Shown here in pieces: positions 39,521 through 49,200 of a DNA stretch of 64,000 nucleotides. The DNA lies in the IMG/VR virus record IMGVR_UViG_3300032116_000001, positions 314,849-378,848 of that record; one strand, 5' to 3'. How positions within the stretch are numbered: the stretch's first letter is position 1; every line of letters begins with the position of its first letter. The notes beneath the pieces were generated by a model. That model did not search any database, was not told where the DNA came from, and saw only the letters and a program-made list of their open reading frames with translations. A program made the translations under genes and the position numbers.

Positions 39521-40306
39521 CTATCGAAGCGGATTGTGTTTATTTTCTTTGTTATGCCTCATTAAAATGCTTGGCCAAAACGTTTCAGGCGGATATGATA
39601 GAATTTTTTTCTCAATTTTCTTTTTTAGAAAAATCTTGTGAAAATATGCAGTTAAAAACCTCCAGCCATCGGCTCTTATCACCACCAAGCATCTTCGCAT
39701 AGGATCAAAATCCACAATCATAAAACGCTTTTTGTTTGACATTTTGGTTCCAGCCATGACGAAATTATACTTTTCGGGGCTCCATGTGTGAGACAGACAA
39801 GTATAATTAATTGGCAAAAGGTAAAAACCAGTTTTTGACTTAGGAATGCTAATTTTGTAAGGTGGGTTCATTTTCATTTCAGTCTTAAAATATAAATATT
39901 TTGATTCCATTATGATCTTATCATACGTGTTTGCAAAGGTTTGAATGCCTCTGTGAAAAAGCCAACTGAGGCAGAATATACCGTCTGTTCGGGCTGTTAA
40001 GTATTGGAGTTTCTTGGGATCATTTCGGACAATTCTTATTTTCATATCAGTCCCGACTACCTTTGAGCCTTCTATTTTAAGAAACGCAGACGACATGTCC
40101 TGATATTTGAGTTCTGCCATTGCCCAAGGTTTTGTGGGCCAAAATAAATCATATGTCACTTTAACATGCGCTGGTTTAATAGCTAAATTGGGATCGAGTC
40201 CGATCACTTCAGGAGATACTTGATATTTTTTGGGGTCTATCAAAACATTTTCATGTTTAGTGGGCACGAGAGTTATTGTTTTCATTTCCATATTATTAAA
40301 TTCCAA
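39521..40306 (-). CDS. hypothetical protein
   Basis: 261 aa ORF coupled to the upstream GTPase. Confidence 0.65.
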   Translation of the reverse strand: MEFNNMEMKTITLVPTKHENVLIDPKKYQVSPEVIGLDPNLAIKPAHVKVTYDLFWPTKPWAMAELKYQDMSSAFLKIEGSKVVGTDMKIRIVRNDPKKLQYLTARTDGIFCLSWLFHRGIQTFANTYDKIIMESKYLYFKTEMKMNPPYKISIPKSKTGFYLLPINYTCLSHTWSPEKYNFVMAGTKMSNKKRFMIVDFDPMRRCLVVIRADGWRFLTAYFHKIFLKKKIEKKILSYPPETFWPSILMRHNKENKHNPLR

Positions 40307-41384
40307 GCATTTGTTTGAAGGGATCGTTTTCTTCGGAATAATTATTTTCTTCCCATTTTAACAACTCGCTATCTGTCAAAATACAATTATTCCAGAGTGA
40401 CTCTATTTGTTTTTTGTCTATTCCTATGCCAATGAAAACGATTTGTGACATAGGAGTTTCATTTCCCCATGGCATGCAATACTCGACAACACGCTGGTTA
40501 CCAGCTTGAGCAATGATATATTTGTAATTGGGATTTGAGCTTGTATAAAACCATCCCTTAACGCGCAATGCGCCTTTCCATTCTTTTTTCATGGCTTCTG
40601 CCACTCTTTCAGATTTTAGGGGCATGTTCGTAGAAAAGACAAAACTACTAAAGCCGTATTCATCAATCTCAGATTCATGACCGTTATGAAGTTCTTCCCA
40701 CCAGCCTGGATGTTGTGTTGCTTGATGCATGTTAAACAATTCAGTGTCCAGAATTTCATCAATATTAACTTCTCCATTGGTGGCAGTAATTATCTTTGAT
40801 TTCGGATTCATCTTTTTCACAAAAGACAAAACTTCTTGTTTCTTGTCTTCGCTTACAAGATCGCATTTATTCACAACAATGATGTCTGCAAATTCAATTT
40901 GATCGACAAGCAATTGGCTTAGGGGCTTTTCGGCTCCATCCGCTGCATGATTTTGTTTAAGATTTTCCACGATTGATGAAGCATCAACAACTGTCACCAT
41001 AGCGTCTAGCCGCGCAATATCTCCAAGCACTCTATTGTCGTCAATTGGCATTGCAAATGTATTCGCCACGGGCATAGGTTCGGATATACCCGTGGATTCT
41101 ACGATCAAATAATCATACTTTTCCTCAAGTGCCAATCGGGAAATTTCTTTTAGCAAATCTTGCCTTAAAGTACAACAAATACAACCATTTGTCAACTCAA
41201 CAACATCTTCATCGGCTCTGACAATCTTGCCTTTAATAGACTCAGCATCGATGTTAATTTCAGACATGTCATTAATAATCAAGGCAACTTTATATTTATT
41301 TTGATTACTAAGAATATGATTCAATAAAGTAGTTTTGCCCGCGCCTAAAAAGCCCGACAAAACTGAAACTGGCAATTTATTCAT
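40296..41384 (-). CDS. COG0523 (CobW/YeiR/ZigA-type) metallochaperone GTPase
   Basis: [32 protein letters not shown]. Confidence 0.93.
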   Translation of the reverse strand: MNKLPVSVLSGFLGAGKTTLLNHILSNQNKYKVALIINDMSEINIDAESIKGKIVRADEDVVELTNGCICCTLRQDLLKEISRLALEEKYDYLIVESTGISEPMPVANTFAMPIDDNRVLGDIARLDAMVTVVDASSIVENLKQNHAADGAEKPLSQLLVDQIEFADIIVVNKCDLVSEDKKQEVLSFVKKMNPKSKIITATNGEVNIDEILDTELFNMHQATQHPGWWEELHNGHESEIDEYGFSSFVFSTNMPLKSERVAEAMKKEWKGALRVKGWFYTSSNPNYKYIIAQAGNQRVVEYCMPWGNETPMSQIVFIGIGIDKKQIESLWNNCILTDSELLKWEENNYSEENDPFKQMLGI

Positions 41385-41389
41385 ATTTT

Positions 41390-42340
41390 TTACTCCATAA
41401 TTAGTCCAAAATCTTGTGGTTTTTGCTTTTTCTTCGGCTTTGGACCATCGGTGATTACAATCGATGTTGCGTGCAATACAGGCCGAACGTATACCATGCC
41501 TCCGACATCAGCCATCACGGCAAAATCAGTTGTGTCTGGCTCACCTTCTGCAGAATCAGTAACTACTTGAACTTTATAGCCATGCTGCACCAAAAGCTTT
41601 TGTGCAGCATACAAAAAGGCCGCATGACTGTTCTCAAATGTAAAAAACTTCCTCAATGCTTCTCTGAAATTTTCCAATTCGTCATTGTTGTTATTATCCT
41701 TAATGCTCCAGTTTTCTGGGTGCAACAACGCTAAATCAAACCGATATGGCGAATCTTTTGCAAGTTGACTAGTTCCACTATTGGGTTCAGTGATTAATGC
41801 ATTCGGCACGCTCTTAACGTAATCTATGATCTGCTTGAGTTCGGGGTCAATTTTATTTCTGTATTCATTCACCATTTTTTCAAGCTTTGAATTAATATCG
41901 TCCCATGATCGTGCTTCAGCTGACTCATCAAGACTGTACAAATCATCGAGTGTTGCAGCCAAGGCCTCGATGAATTCATTGGCCTCCTCTTCGCTGCGAA
42001 GAGTGTTTTCGGGCCACATAGATATTTTAGGAGCAACAATCTGCATTTCGTTTAACGATTTGATATTTAATCTAAAGTATCCCCATGCGGCATGGTCGAT
42101 ATTTAAGAAAATGTCATGGTACAAAGTGTCTCTTTCAGAAAACATATCCTGGGGAACAATCTGAAATGGATGATGCAGTCCAGAATCGCAAAGGCCCAGT
42201 GATAACGTCTTTTGAGATAAATTTTGCGCTAGTTTAACGAGGTCTTGATTGTCTTCCACCCAAACAGCAATTGATGCCATAAGCGCATATTGCTCATTGC
42301 GCTTTACTTTCTTATGAATTATTTTACCGATGTCGCTCAT
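41390..42340 (-). CDS. hypothetical protein
   Basis: Likely start MSDIGKII at 42340, avoiding overlap with the divergent gene. Confidence 0.65.
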   Translation of the reverse strand: MSDIGKIIHKKVKRNEQYALMASIAVWVEDNQDLVKLAQNLSQKTLSLGLCDSGLHHPFQIVPQDMFSERDTLYHDIFLNIDHAAWGYFRLNIKSLNEMQIVAPKISMWPENTLRSEEEANEFIEALAATLDDLYSLDESAEARSWDDINSKLEKMVNEYRNKIDPELKQIIDYVKSVPNALITEPNSGTSQLAKDSPYRFDLALLHPENWSIKDNNNNDELENFREALRKFFTFENSHAAFLYAAQKLLVQHGYKVQVVTDSAEGEPDTTDFAVMADVGGMVYVRPVLHATSIVITDGPKPKKKQKPQDFGLIME

Positions 42341-42452
42341 AGTGAATCTGTTTAATATATTGGCAAAAACCAAATGGATTATACAGAAATAACAATGCGT
42401 GCAAGAAGGACATTGAGTTCGATCCGAATAATATTTGATTTGAGAGTGTCTA

Positions 42453-42989
42453 ATGATCAAACTGTCAGAAATCATTCAGCAATATGAAACAATTGGCGAT
42501 CATAAAACCGCGGACATTCTTGATAATTTTCTATTTAGGCATGCGCGTGCCGTTGCTAATCGTCGCATGGCCCAATATGATCAAAGCGAAGAAATTGATT
42601 GGACCCAGCCCGATGCCTGGAAGCAAACCTTAAAAAATAAACAAACTGAAGCCTCTCCGATTAAAAACGAAGTTCAGCTTGAGTCATTGCCAAAAGACAC
42701 AAGAAGAATGATTGAATTAATGAGATCAGGAAAAGTTCCAGGAGAATTATCGCGAAAAGAGTTTGAAAAAATAGTCAGATCACTGGGATTCGACGTTGCA
42801 GATACAACTAAGCACTTTGCTATATCGCACCCCGATCTGGTCGGGCATCCTATTTTTGAAACAGGCGTGATCGCCTCTCTTAATGATCACGCTCATGGAC
42901 AAAAGGGAAGAATGCATTTTAAAGCAATGGAAGACTTAAAAGATGCAATTAGATATATGCATCCGCATTTTTTCAATAAAAATAAATAA
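42453..42989 (+). CDS. helical-tag protein with a HicA-like RNase domain
   Basis: IQQYETIGDHKTADILDNFL...RRMAQ; SRKEFEKIVRSLGF..KHFAISHPD..DH.H. Confidence 0.6.
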   Translation: MIKLSEIIQQYETIGDHKTADILDNFLFRHARAVANRRMAQYDQSEEIDWTQPDAWKQTLKNKQTEASPIKNEVQLESLPKDTRRMIELMRSGKVPGELSRKEFEKIVRSLGFDVADTTKHFAISHPDLVGHPIFETGVIASLNDHAHGQKGRMHFKAMEDLKDAIRYMHPHFFNKNK

Positions 42990-43014
42990 AGTAAATTGTA
43001 TAATTGTGATCAGA

Positions 43015-43248
43015 ATGGATAAATTCAATCATTTAGTCGGCAAAAAACTTGTAAACGCAAGTGAAGTTACATCACTTGAGGGAAGTCATATTGCACAGCA
43101 AACAGTAGAGCAACTGGCCATTAAAAATGGCCTAAAGTCTGTTAGAATCTGTGTTGACAATGGATTCACTGATATGGAATTTCGCGAAGATAGACTCAAA
43201 GTGACGACCGATGATCGGGGCATTATTAAGCGCGTGGGCGTAGGTTAA
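43015..43248 (+). CDS. peptidase inhibitor I78-like protein
   Basis: LVG...VRI...TDMEFREDRL.V..D..G.I..V..G. Confidence 0.7.
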   Translation: MDKFNHLVGKKLVNASEVTSLEGSHIAQQTVEQLAIKNGLKSVRICVDNGFTDMEFREDRLKVTTDDRGIIKRVGVG

Positions 43249-43505
43249 CTAAGAGCCTTTCTTAAACGATCAGAAATGCTTTCCAAAGCATCATTCCAGC
43301 CCTTATGGTATTCGCTTGAGTTTTCTGATCGCTCTTCCTCGATTATCGCAAGCATTTCTTTAATTGCTTGCGATAATTTTTGATTTTCCTTGTGGATTGT
43401 TTCTGATCGTTTTCCTATAAGAAACATTTCATTCAGCAGTTCTCTTTTTTCTGCTTCGTGATTTTTGATCATTTGTTCTAAATGATTATTTTGCGGTAAG
43501 CTCAT
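43245..43505 (-). CDS. hypothetical coiled-coil protein
   Basis: 86 aa, YHKGWNDAL. Confidence 0.55.
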   Translation of the reverse strand: MSLPQNNHLEQMIKNHEAEKRELLNEMFLIGKRSETIHKENQKLSQAIKEMLAIIEEERSENSSEYHKGWNDALESISDRLRKALS

Positions 43506-43579
43506 CGTTGAACTCCTTCGGGACTAATTTAGCCCTTTGGTATTTTTCTTCAAGTTTAATTGTGTTTTCCTGCATTATT

Positions 43580-44377
43580 TTACTTATCGTGGTTGCCAAT
43601 CCAGTCAGGACATCCTTTCCATCCCTTGTTTTTGTATGTAAGGTGTGGACATGACGGAATGTTATATGGTCTTTCTTCAGATGCAGAAAACTTATTCCAA
43701 TCCTGCGAACTTTGGAGTCCCAGTGATCGAACATAATCCCGAGCAGATTCAAAATCAAGAAACTTTCCTCCTCTTCGCCTAGTTTTTGTACCAAGCCAAT
43801 CACCATAGCCTTCCCATCCTTGGTTCTCATATTTTTTACAAGGCAACCACGGTATGTTATTGGGCTTTTGACCTGATTTGCAATAGGAAAACCATTCTTT
43901 CGCGTTTTTCAATCCCAGTGATCGAGCATAATCGCGAGCAGACTCAAAATCAAGATATTGGCGGTATCGATATGATACTGATTTAGTACCAAGCCAATCA
44001 CCAAGAGAAACCCATCCTTTATCTTTGTAGATAGACCTTGGTGCTGAAGGTATATTACTGGGCCTTTGACCAGATTTAATATAAGCTTCCCATTCTTTTG
44101 CATTTTTCAAATTCAATGACCGAACATAATCGCGAGCAGACTCAAAATCAAGGTATTGACGATTTCTTGGTGATAATCTATTATTTCCTAACCAATCCCC
44201 CCATCCTTTCCATCCTTGATCTTTGTAAACTGTGGTCGGTGAGCTAGGAATATTACAGGGCTTCAGGCCCGATCTGCAATAAGATAGCCAATCTGTGAAA
44301 CTTTTTAAATTCAATGACTGAACATAATCGCGAGCAGACTCAAAATCAAGATACTTGCTTGTTTTAGTAATTGACAT
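43580..44377 (-). CDS. stand-alone protein of four ~66 aa phage-integrase-repeat-like units
   Basis: 4 x (Y/F)LDFESARDY..SL.LK...W...KP.NIP..P...YK..GW....DW.G. Confidence 0.85.
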   Translation of the reverse strand: MSITKTSKYLDFESARDYVQSLNLKSFTDWLSYCRSGLKPCNIPSSPTTVYKDQGWKGWGDWLGNNRLSPRNRQYLDFESARDYVRSLNLKNAKEWEAYIKSGQRPSNIPSAPRSIYKDKGWVSLGDWLGTKSVSYRYRQYLDFESARDYARSLGLKNAKEWFSYCKSGQKPNNIPWLPCKKYENQGWEGYGDWLGTKTRRRGGKFLDFESARDYVRSLGLQSSQDWNKFSASEERPYNIPSCPHLTYKNKGWKGCPDWIGNHDK

Positions 44378-44531
44378 AATTATTATATGATTGTGAAATA
44401 AATAAAAAGGGGATTTTTAAACTACAATCATATCCAAGAAAGCACTTTGTGACAATAATCAATGCGCGAAAAAATTCCCCATTGTTTTAACATACGGAAC
44501 ATGGTACTAGAACAATGGGGAATTTTGAAGA

Positions 44532-45299
44532 TCAATCATCAATCGTTTCATAAGATGATCGAGCGCGAGGTTGATCTTGTGCTTGGGCCTTTTTTACCTC
44601 TTGCCCTCTTTTTGAATCATGCTCTAAGTTACGACGCTTCATGTTAAATTTAAACTTAATTACTTGCAGTCGCGCCCATTCAGTAAGACTTCCAAGAACT
44701 TTAACATCTTGATCAATCATGATATCAATTTTCTTCACCATGAGTGTTTTTGGCATCGCGCCATCAAGGGCTATGAAAACATTTTCGCTGAATTTTTTCA
44801 TATTGGCAAGGCCAACGACGGGATGGTTAAATTTAAGATACGGATCACATTTTACAGTGTAAATTGCTTTAATCCTGCGGTAGCGGGTGCTGCCGAAAAG
44901 CCTTGCGTACCAGGGAACAATCATTTTGTCATAATCAAGGCGAGTGCTGAAATGTATGTTTATAAGTTGATTTTCCCATGCCCCTCTCTTCATGGCGTCC
45001 ATACTCTTGAACGTCACGGCCACTGACTGAATATGTCTATGACTTCGGGGAACTGGTTCAGACGCTGCTGCACCCCACATACCTTGTGTCGCCGTTCTGA
45101 TGGCAACTTCCATGTCTTTAAACGGCTGGTCTTCACTAAGCTCAACTCCAATTTCTGCCCAGTTTTTGCGAATTTCTTTCCAGTGGTCCTCATTGATTGA
45201 CGCAGCGGTCGCATCATGTTGTGAGTTGTTTTGAACGGGAGAAAATTTTATATCTTTCTCCACAGTCTTTTTTGTCCTTTTGTTTTTATTTTTTGACAT
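44532..45299 (-). CDS. hypothetical protein, tandem paralog A
   Basis: MSKNKN...NEDHW..IHF.T.L.YDK...RSSYETIDD. Confidence 0.75.
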   Translation of the reverse strand: MSKNKNKRTKKTVEKDIKFSPVQNNSQHDATAASINEDHWKEIRKNWAEIGVELSEDQPFKDMEVAIRTATQGMWGAAASEPVPRSHRHIQSVAVTFKSMDAMKRGAWENQLINIHFSTRLDYDKMIVPWYARLFGSTRYRRIKAIYTVKCDPYLKFNHPVVGLANMKKFSENVFIALDGAMPKTLMVKKIDIMIDQDVKVLGSLTEWARLQVIKFKFNMKRRNLEHDSKRGQEVKKAQAQDQPRARSSYETIDD

Positions 45300-45376
45300 G
45301 TTTTTACATACCTTTGTTTTTTATGGGCTCGTCAATGCCATTGTTCCACAATAAAATCCATAAGCAATTGTAATTC

Positions 45377-45402
45377 GAAAGCCCCGTATTACAGGGGCTT
45401 TC
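45377..45402. terminator. hairpin GAAAGCCCC/GGGGCTTTC (second copy at 46262-46287)
   Basis: 9 bp perfect stem, duplicated along with the paralog unit. Confidence 0.6.
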
Positions 45403-45417
45403 AGGGATTTCTGAAGA

Positions 45418-46185
45418 TCAATCATCAATCGTTTCATAAGATGATCGAGCATGGAGCTGGTCTGGCGCTCGACCTCTTTTCACATCATGCTCTGCTTTGC
45501 GACGCTTATTGTTAAATTTAAACTTAATTACTTGCATTTTCATCCATTTGGTAAGATTGCCCAAGCCTGTAACATCTTGATCAATTTTGACATTAATCTT
45601 CTTTATAATGAATGTTTTAGGAATCGTGGCACTGATGGCTTTATAAGCATTTTCGTGAATAGTTTTTGCATCAGAATTAATAGTTATAGGATGAAGCAAA
45701 TCAAGATATGGTTCAAATCCCACAGTGTAGACTGCCTTAACACTGCGAAAACGCTTAAAGTTGAAAATCCTTACATGCCACGGCATAATCATTTTATCAT
45801 ATTTAAGCCCAGTGTTAAAGTGTATGTTCATGATTTGTGTCTCCCATTCACCTTTTTTTAAGCCCTTTGGGCTTGTGATTTTGACGTTCACCAATTTTCT
45901 ACCCTGATGGGCTGTTGAGTTGTTTATCATCTGAGTTTGTCTTGTCACGTCCCACAATGGTTCCGCCGCACCGCTAATGGCATTTTTCATGTCTTCAATA
46001 GGCTTGTCCTCGCTAAGTTCAACTCCGTGTTCTGACCAAGACTTACGAAGTGATGACCAGTGTTCCTCATTATGACTTAGCAACATGGGAGTCGCACCGT
46101 GGCGCGAATAGGCTTTAGAAACAGGAATTGTTACCTTATTTTCGACAGATTTTTTTGTCGCTTCGTTATTTTTATTTTTTGACAT
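45418..46185 (-). CDS. hypothetical protein, tandem paralog B
   Basis: MSKNKN (ATG 46185)...RSSYETIDD; flanks near-identical to paralog A. Confidence 0.75.
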   Translation of the reverse strand: MSKNKNNEATKKSVENKVTIPVSKAYSRHGATPMLLSHNEEHWSSLRKSWSEHGVELSEDKPIEDMKNAISGAAEPLWDVTRQTQMINNSTAHQGRKLVNVKITSPKGLKKGEWETQIMNIHFNTGLKYDKMIMPWHVRIFNFKRFRSVKAVYTVGFEPYLDLLHPITINSDAKTIHENAYKAISATIPKTFIIKKINVKIDQDVTGLGNLTKWMKMQVIKFKFNNKRRKAEHDVKRGRAPDQLHARSSYETIDD

Positions 46186-46273
46186 GTTTTTACATCCCTT
46201 TGTTTTTATAGGCTTGCCAATACCATTATTCCACAATAAAATATATAAACGATTGTGATTCGAAAGCCCCGCA

Positions 46274-49200
46274 TTACAGGGGCTTTCTTGCTGTTACATA
46301 AAGGAATTGGTATCTAATTTCCTGTTCTTCGATCACAAATCCAGCTGATTCAATTTCCTGAATCAATTCTGACACACAATCGGACCAGCGATCCTTTGGC
46401 TCTGCGATCATAAGTGTCCCGCCGTTCGCAAGGCAACGATGAGCTTCTGTTAGATACTCTCCAAGATTGCATCCCATGAGCGAAAGCGAGAATACAGCAA
46501 CGTCAATATCGCCGTTCATCAAAGGAATTTTAGATATATCACAAGATACAACGTCTTCATTGATCGCGATATGATCGAAGCTGTGAACTCGATGATTTGG
46601 CAATGCCTTGGCAAGCAAGGCCTCTCCACACCCGAGATCAGCCACTACTAATCGCTGTGACATTTGATTGATTTTCTCAGCAATCTTTTCGTAAGGAATC
46701 TCTTCCCAGTTCTTTCGTTTGTCCCCATAGAGCGTGTGATACAGATACCATTCCGATGGGTCATCTTGAAGCCGCTTGTGTGTTTTTTGTGAATTCGTGA
46801 TGTTCCATCGACGATTCATTTCACTAAAATCACCATGGCGACGTTTTGCTTCTATTTCTACTTCGGGCGGAAGCGGAATGATCAGCATGGAGCGATCAAT
46901 TAGCATAATCTCGTCGTTTTCCAGTCGCTCAACCCACTTATCAAGAGCTTCTTGCGACTTCTTAAGCATCTTAGAAGGATCAGCAAGCTCACCCTTCGCA
47001 ACAGTGCCATCTACGGCACAATCCGCAAGTGTTCGTTTATAGTGGATACGACCAAGGCGAGACTCGTCATAGGACCAGCGCAAAGGCTTAATGCCTCCTT
47101 CCACGAAGCCTTCCACGTAAACCACGGGGATCACAATGTCTACACCTTCATCAGTAAACTTACTGCCCTGGCGATGGATGCGACCAATTAGCTGATGGTA
47201 TTCTGCCGCAGTCCAGGGCAACGATGAAATCACCATTCGGTTGGAGACATGTTGCAATCCATCCACACCCGTAGACACAGGCTTGCTACCAACGAGAACA
47301 TCTACCTTGCCATCGCGGAACAAGTCCACGCCCGTATTGTCTTCACCCGTGAAAATACCAACCTTTAACTTAAGTTTAGCGCGAATCTCGTCAGCAATCA
47401 TTTGTGTGAGTTCTCCCCCACCGACGTAATGCGAATAAACAATCGTACCTTTTTTAATATTGGCCAATAGTGTAGGCATTTTGATTTTGAGCAATGCTCG
47501 TTCCATCGCCACAACATCGCCCTTGGGTACTTTAAGCAAATTATCGATATGATCGGAAGCATCAATTTCAGGATGATGTTCGCGAGGCTGATCCATATAC
47601 GAAGGGCGGTAACGAATGCCATTAATCACCAAGTGGTAATGCAGCCTTAAGGCGTTGTTCACGTTCGACTTGTGCATCAAATCTTTGTATTCATGGCCAG
47701 TTACAAATTCTAGAAGCTTTTTGCCCTCCATCAAATTATTGATCACAGGCGTCGCACTCATGCCTAATACCTTGAGTTCTGGATTATTTTCCTGGGCTTG
47801 AACCCGAAGGGCGCGAAGAATCTGCAATCGCTTCGATTCGTCTTCTGATCGTTGCTTAATGTTATGAATTTCATCGATCACAAGGAAGTCAATACTCGCG
47901 CTTTCCAATAGTTTTCGCACATAATTACTTGAATTTGGCTGTTGGAAAGATTCAAAGTTCAGAATAACATAGTTGTGCTTGTCTCTATCAAAATCTACTG
48001 TATCAAGGTCTTTCGTAAACACAACGCTATCGGGGAATGTGTTCTTGATAACAGATTCCCAGCCGCTTAAAGTAGCGTTCATGGCTACGATCACCGTGAC
48101 ACGAGCATCGATCACGCGACTAGTGAAAACCGCGCTGAGAGTTTTGCCAGCCCCTGTGCCGCTCATATTCAAAACGTAGCTTTGATTTTGCACCAAAACC
48201 GTCGTCAGGCGTTGCATCATATTAGGAAGTGTGATTTCCGTTTGCCCCTTGAGTCTGAATTTATATCCGTCAGGAATGGGAATGTTTTTCGCCTGTTCTA
48301 GCTGTGTCAAAAACTTGTTAACGATGACTTGATAATATTCACCCTTATCGGAATAACTCAGCACTTCCTGAATATCAGGAGCGTTGATGTCTTCCCCGTT
48401 ATTCAGAAAAGCGTTCCACAATCGCTGAGTGCGATTGGCAATCATGAAGCCAATCGCTTCACCGTCGGCCATCGCAGGAATATTTCCCACAAGGTTATCG
48501 GGCGTGGAAAAGTCGCGGCTCTTAAGCGGCTTGATAGGATGATTCGCTGTCAGAGCAGCAATGCCCGTGGCACGAGGGCCATTTGCTTCATCATCGGCTA
48601 CTGTATCAACCACTTGATAATCATCAAAGTCATCAAAATCATCTAATTCTTCATCCGTGATTTCGCCGTTCTCGATGGCATCTTCAGTATCCTTAATAAT
48701 TTCATCTAATATAGCTTGCTTCTCTTCATCTGACTTATTGGAGTCGATGATTTCCTCTAGTCTTTTAATAAGTTTAGAGGCTTTAGATGTGCCTAAAGAT
48801 GCCGCCTTGGCGAGCCCGCTTTGCATTTGTATCAAGTAAAGCTCGCTGGCGTCCAAATACGGAGCAAGAGACTGAATGGATTTCAAGAATCCCAAATATG
48901 ATCGGGAGTTCCAATGGCCCTGATAGCCAAGGAAATCTGACCAAGAAGTCCATCCCCGATCTTTATAGGACTTAGAGGGATCACCAGGAATATCATCGGG
49001 CTTTTGTCCTGATTTACAATAGGGTGACCATTCACCTTGTGACTTCAATCGCAATGATCTAGCATAATCACGAGCATCTTCAAATGGCCTAAAAACACGA
49101 TCTTGAGGGGCGACAGTTCCAGTTCCCAACCAATCACCCATCCCAATCCATCCCTGATCTTTATATGACTGATGAGGAGCGACAGGAATATCATCAGGTT

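Noticed and set aside
43486-43830. 114 aa ORF overlapping the four-repeat gene
   Set aside because: Mostly an alternate-frame shadow; at most the last ~29 codons could be a real small ORF.
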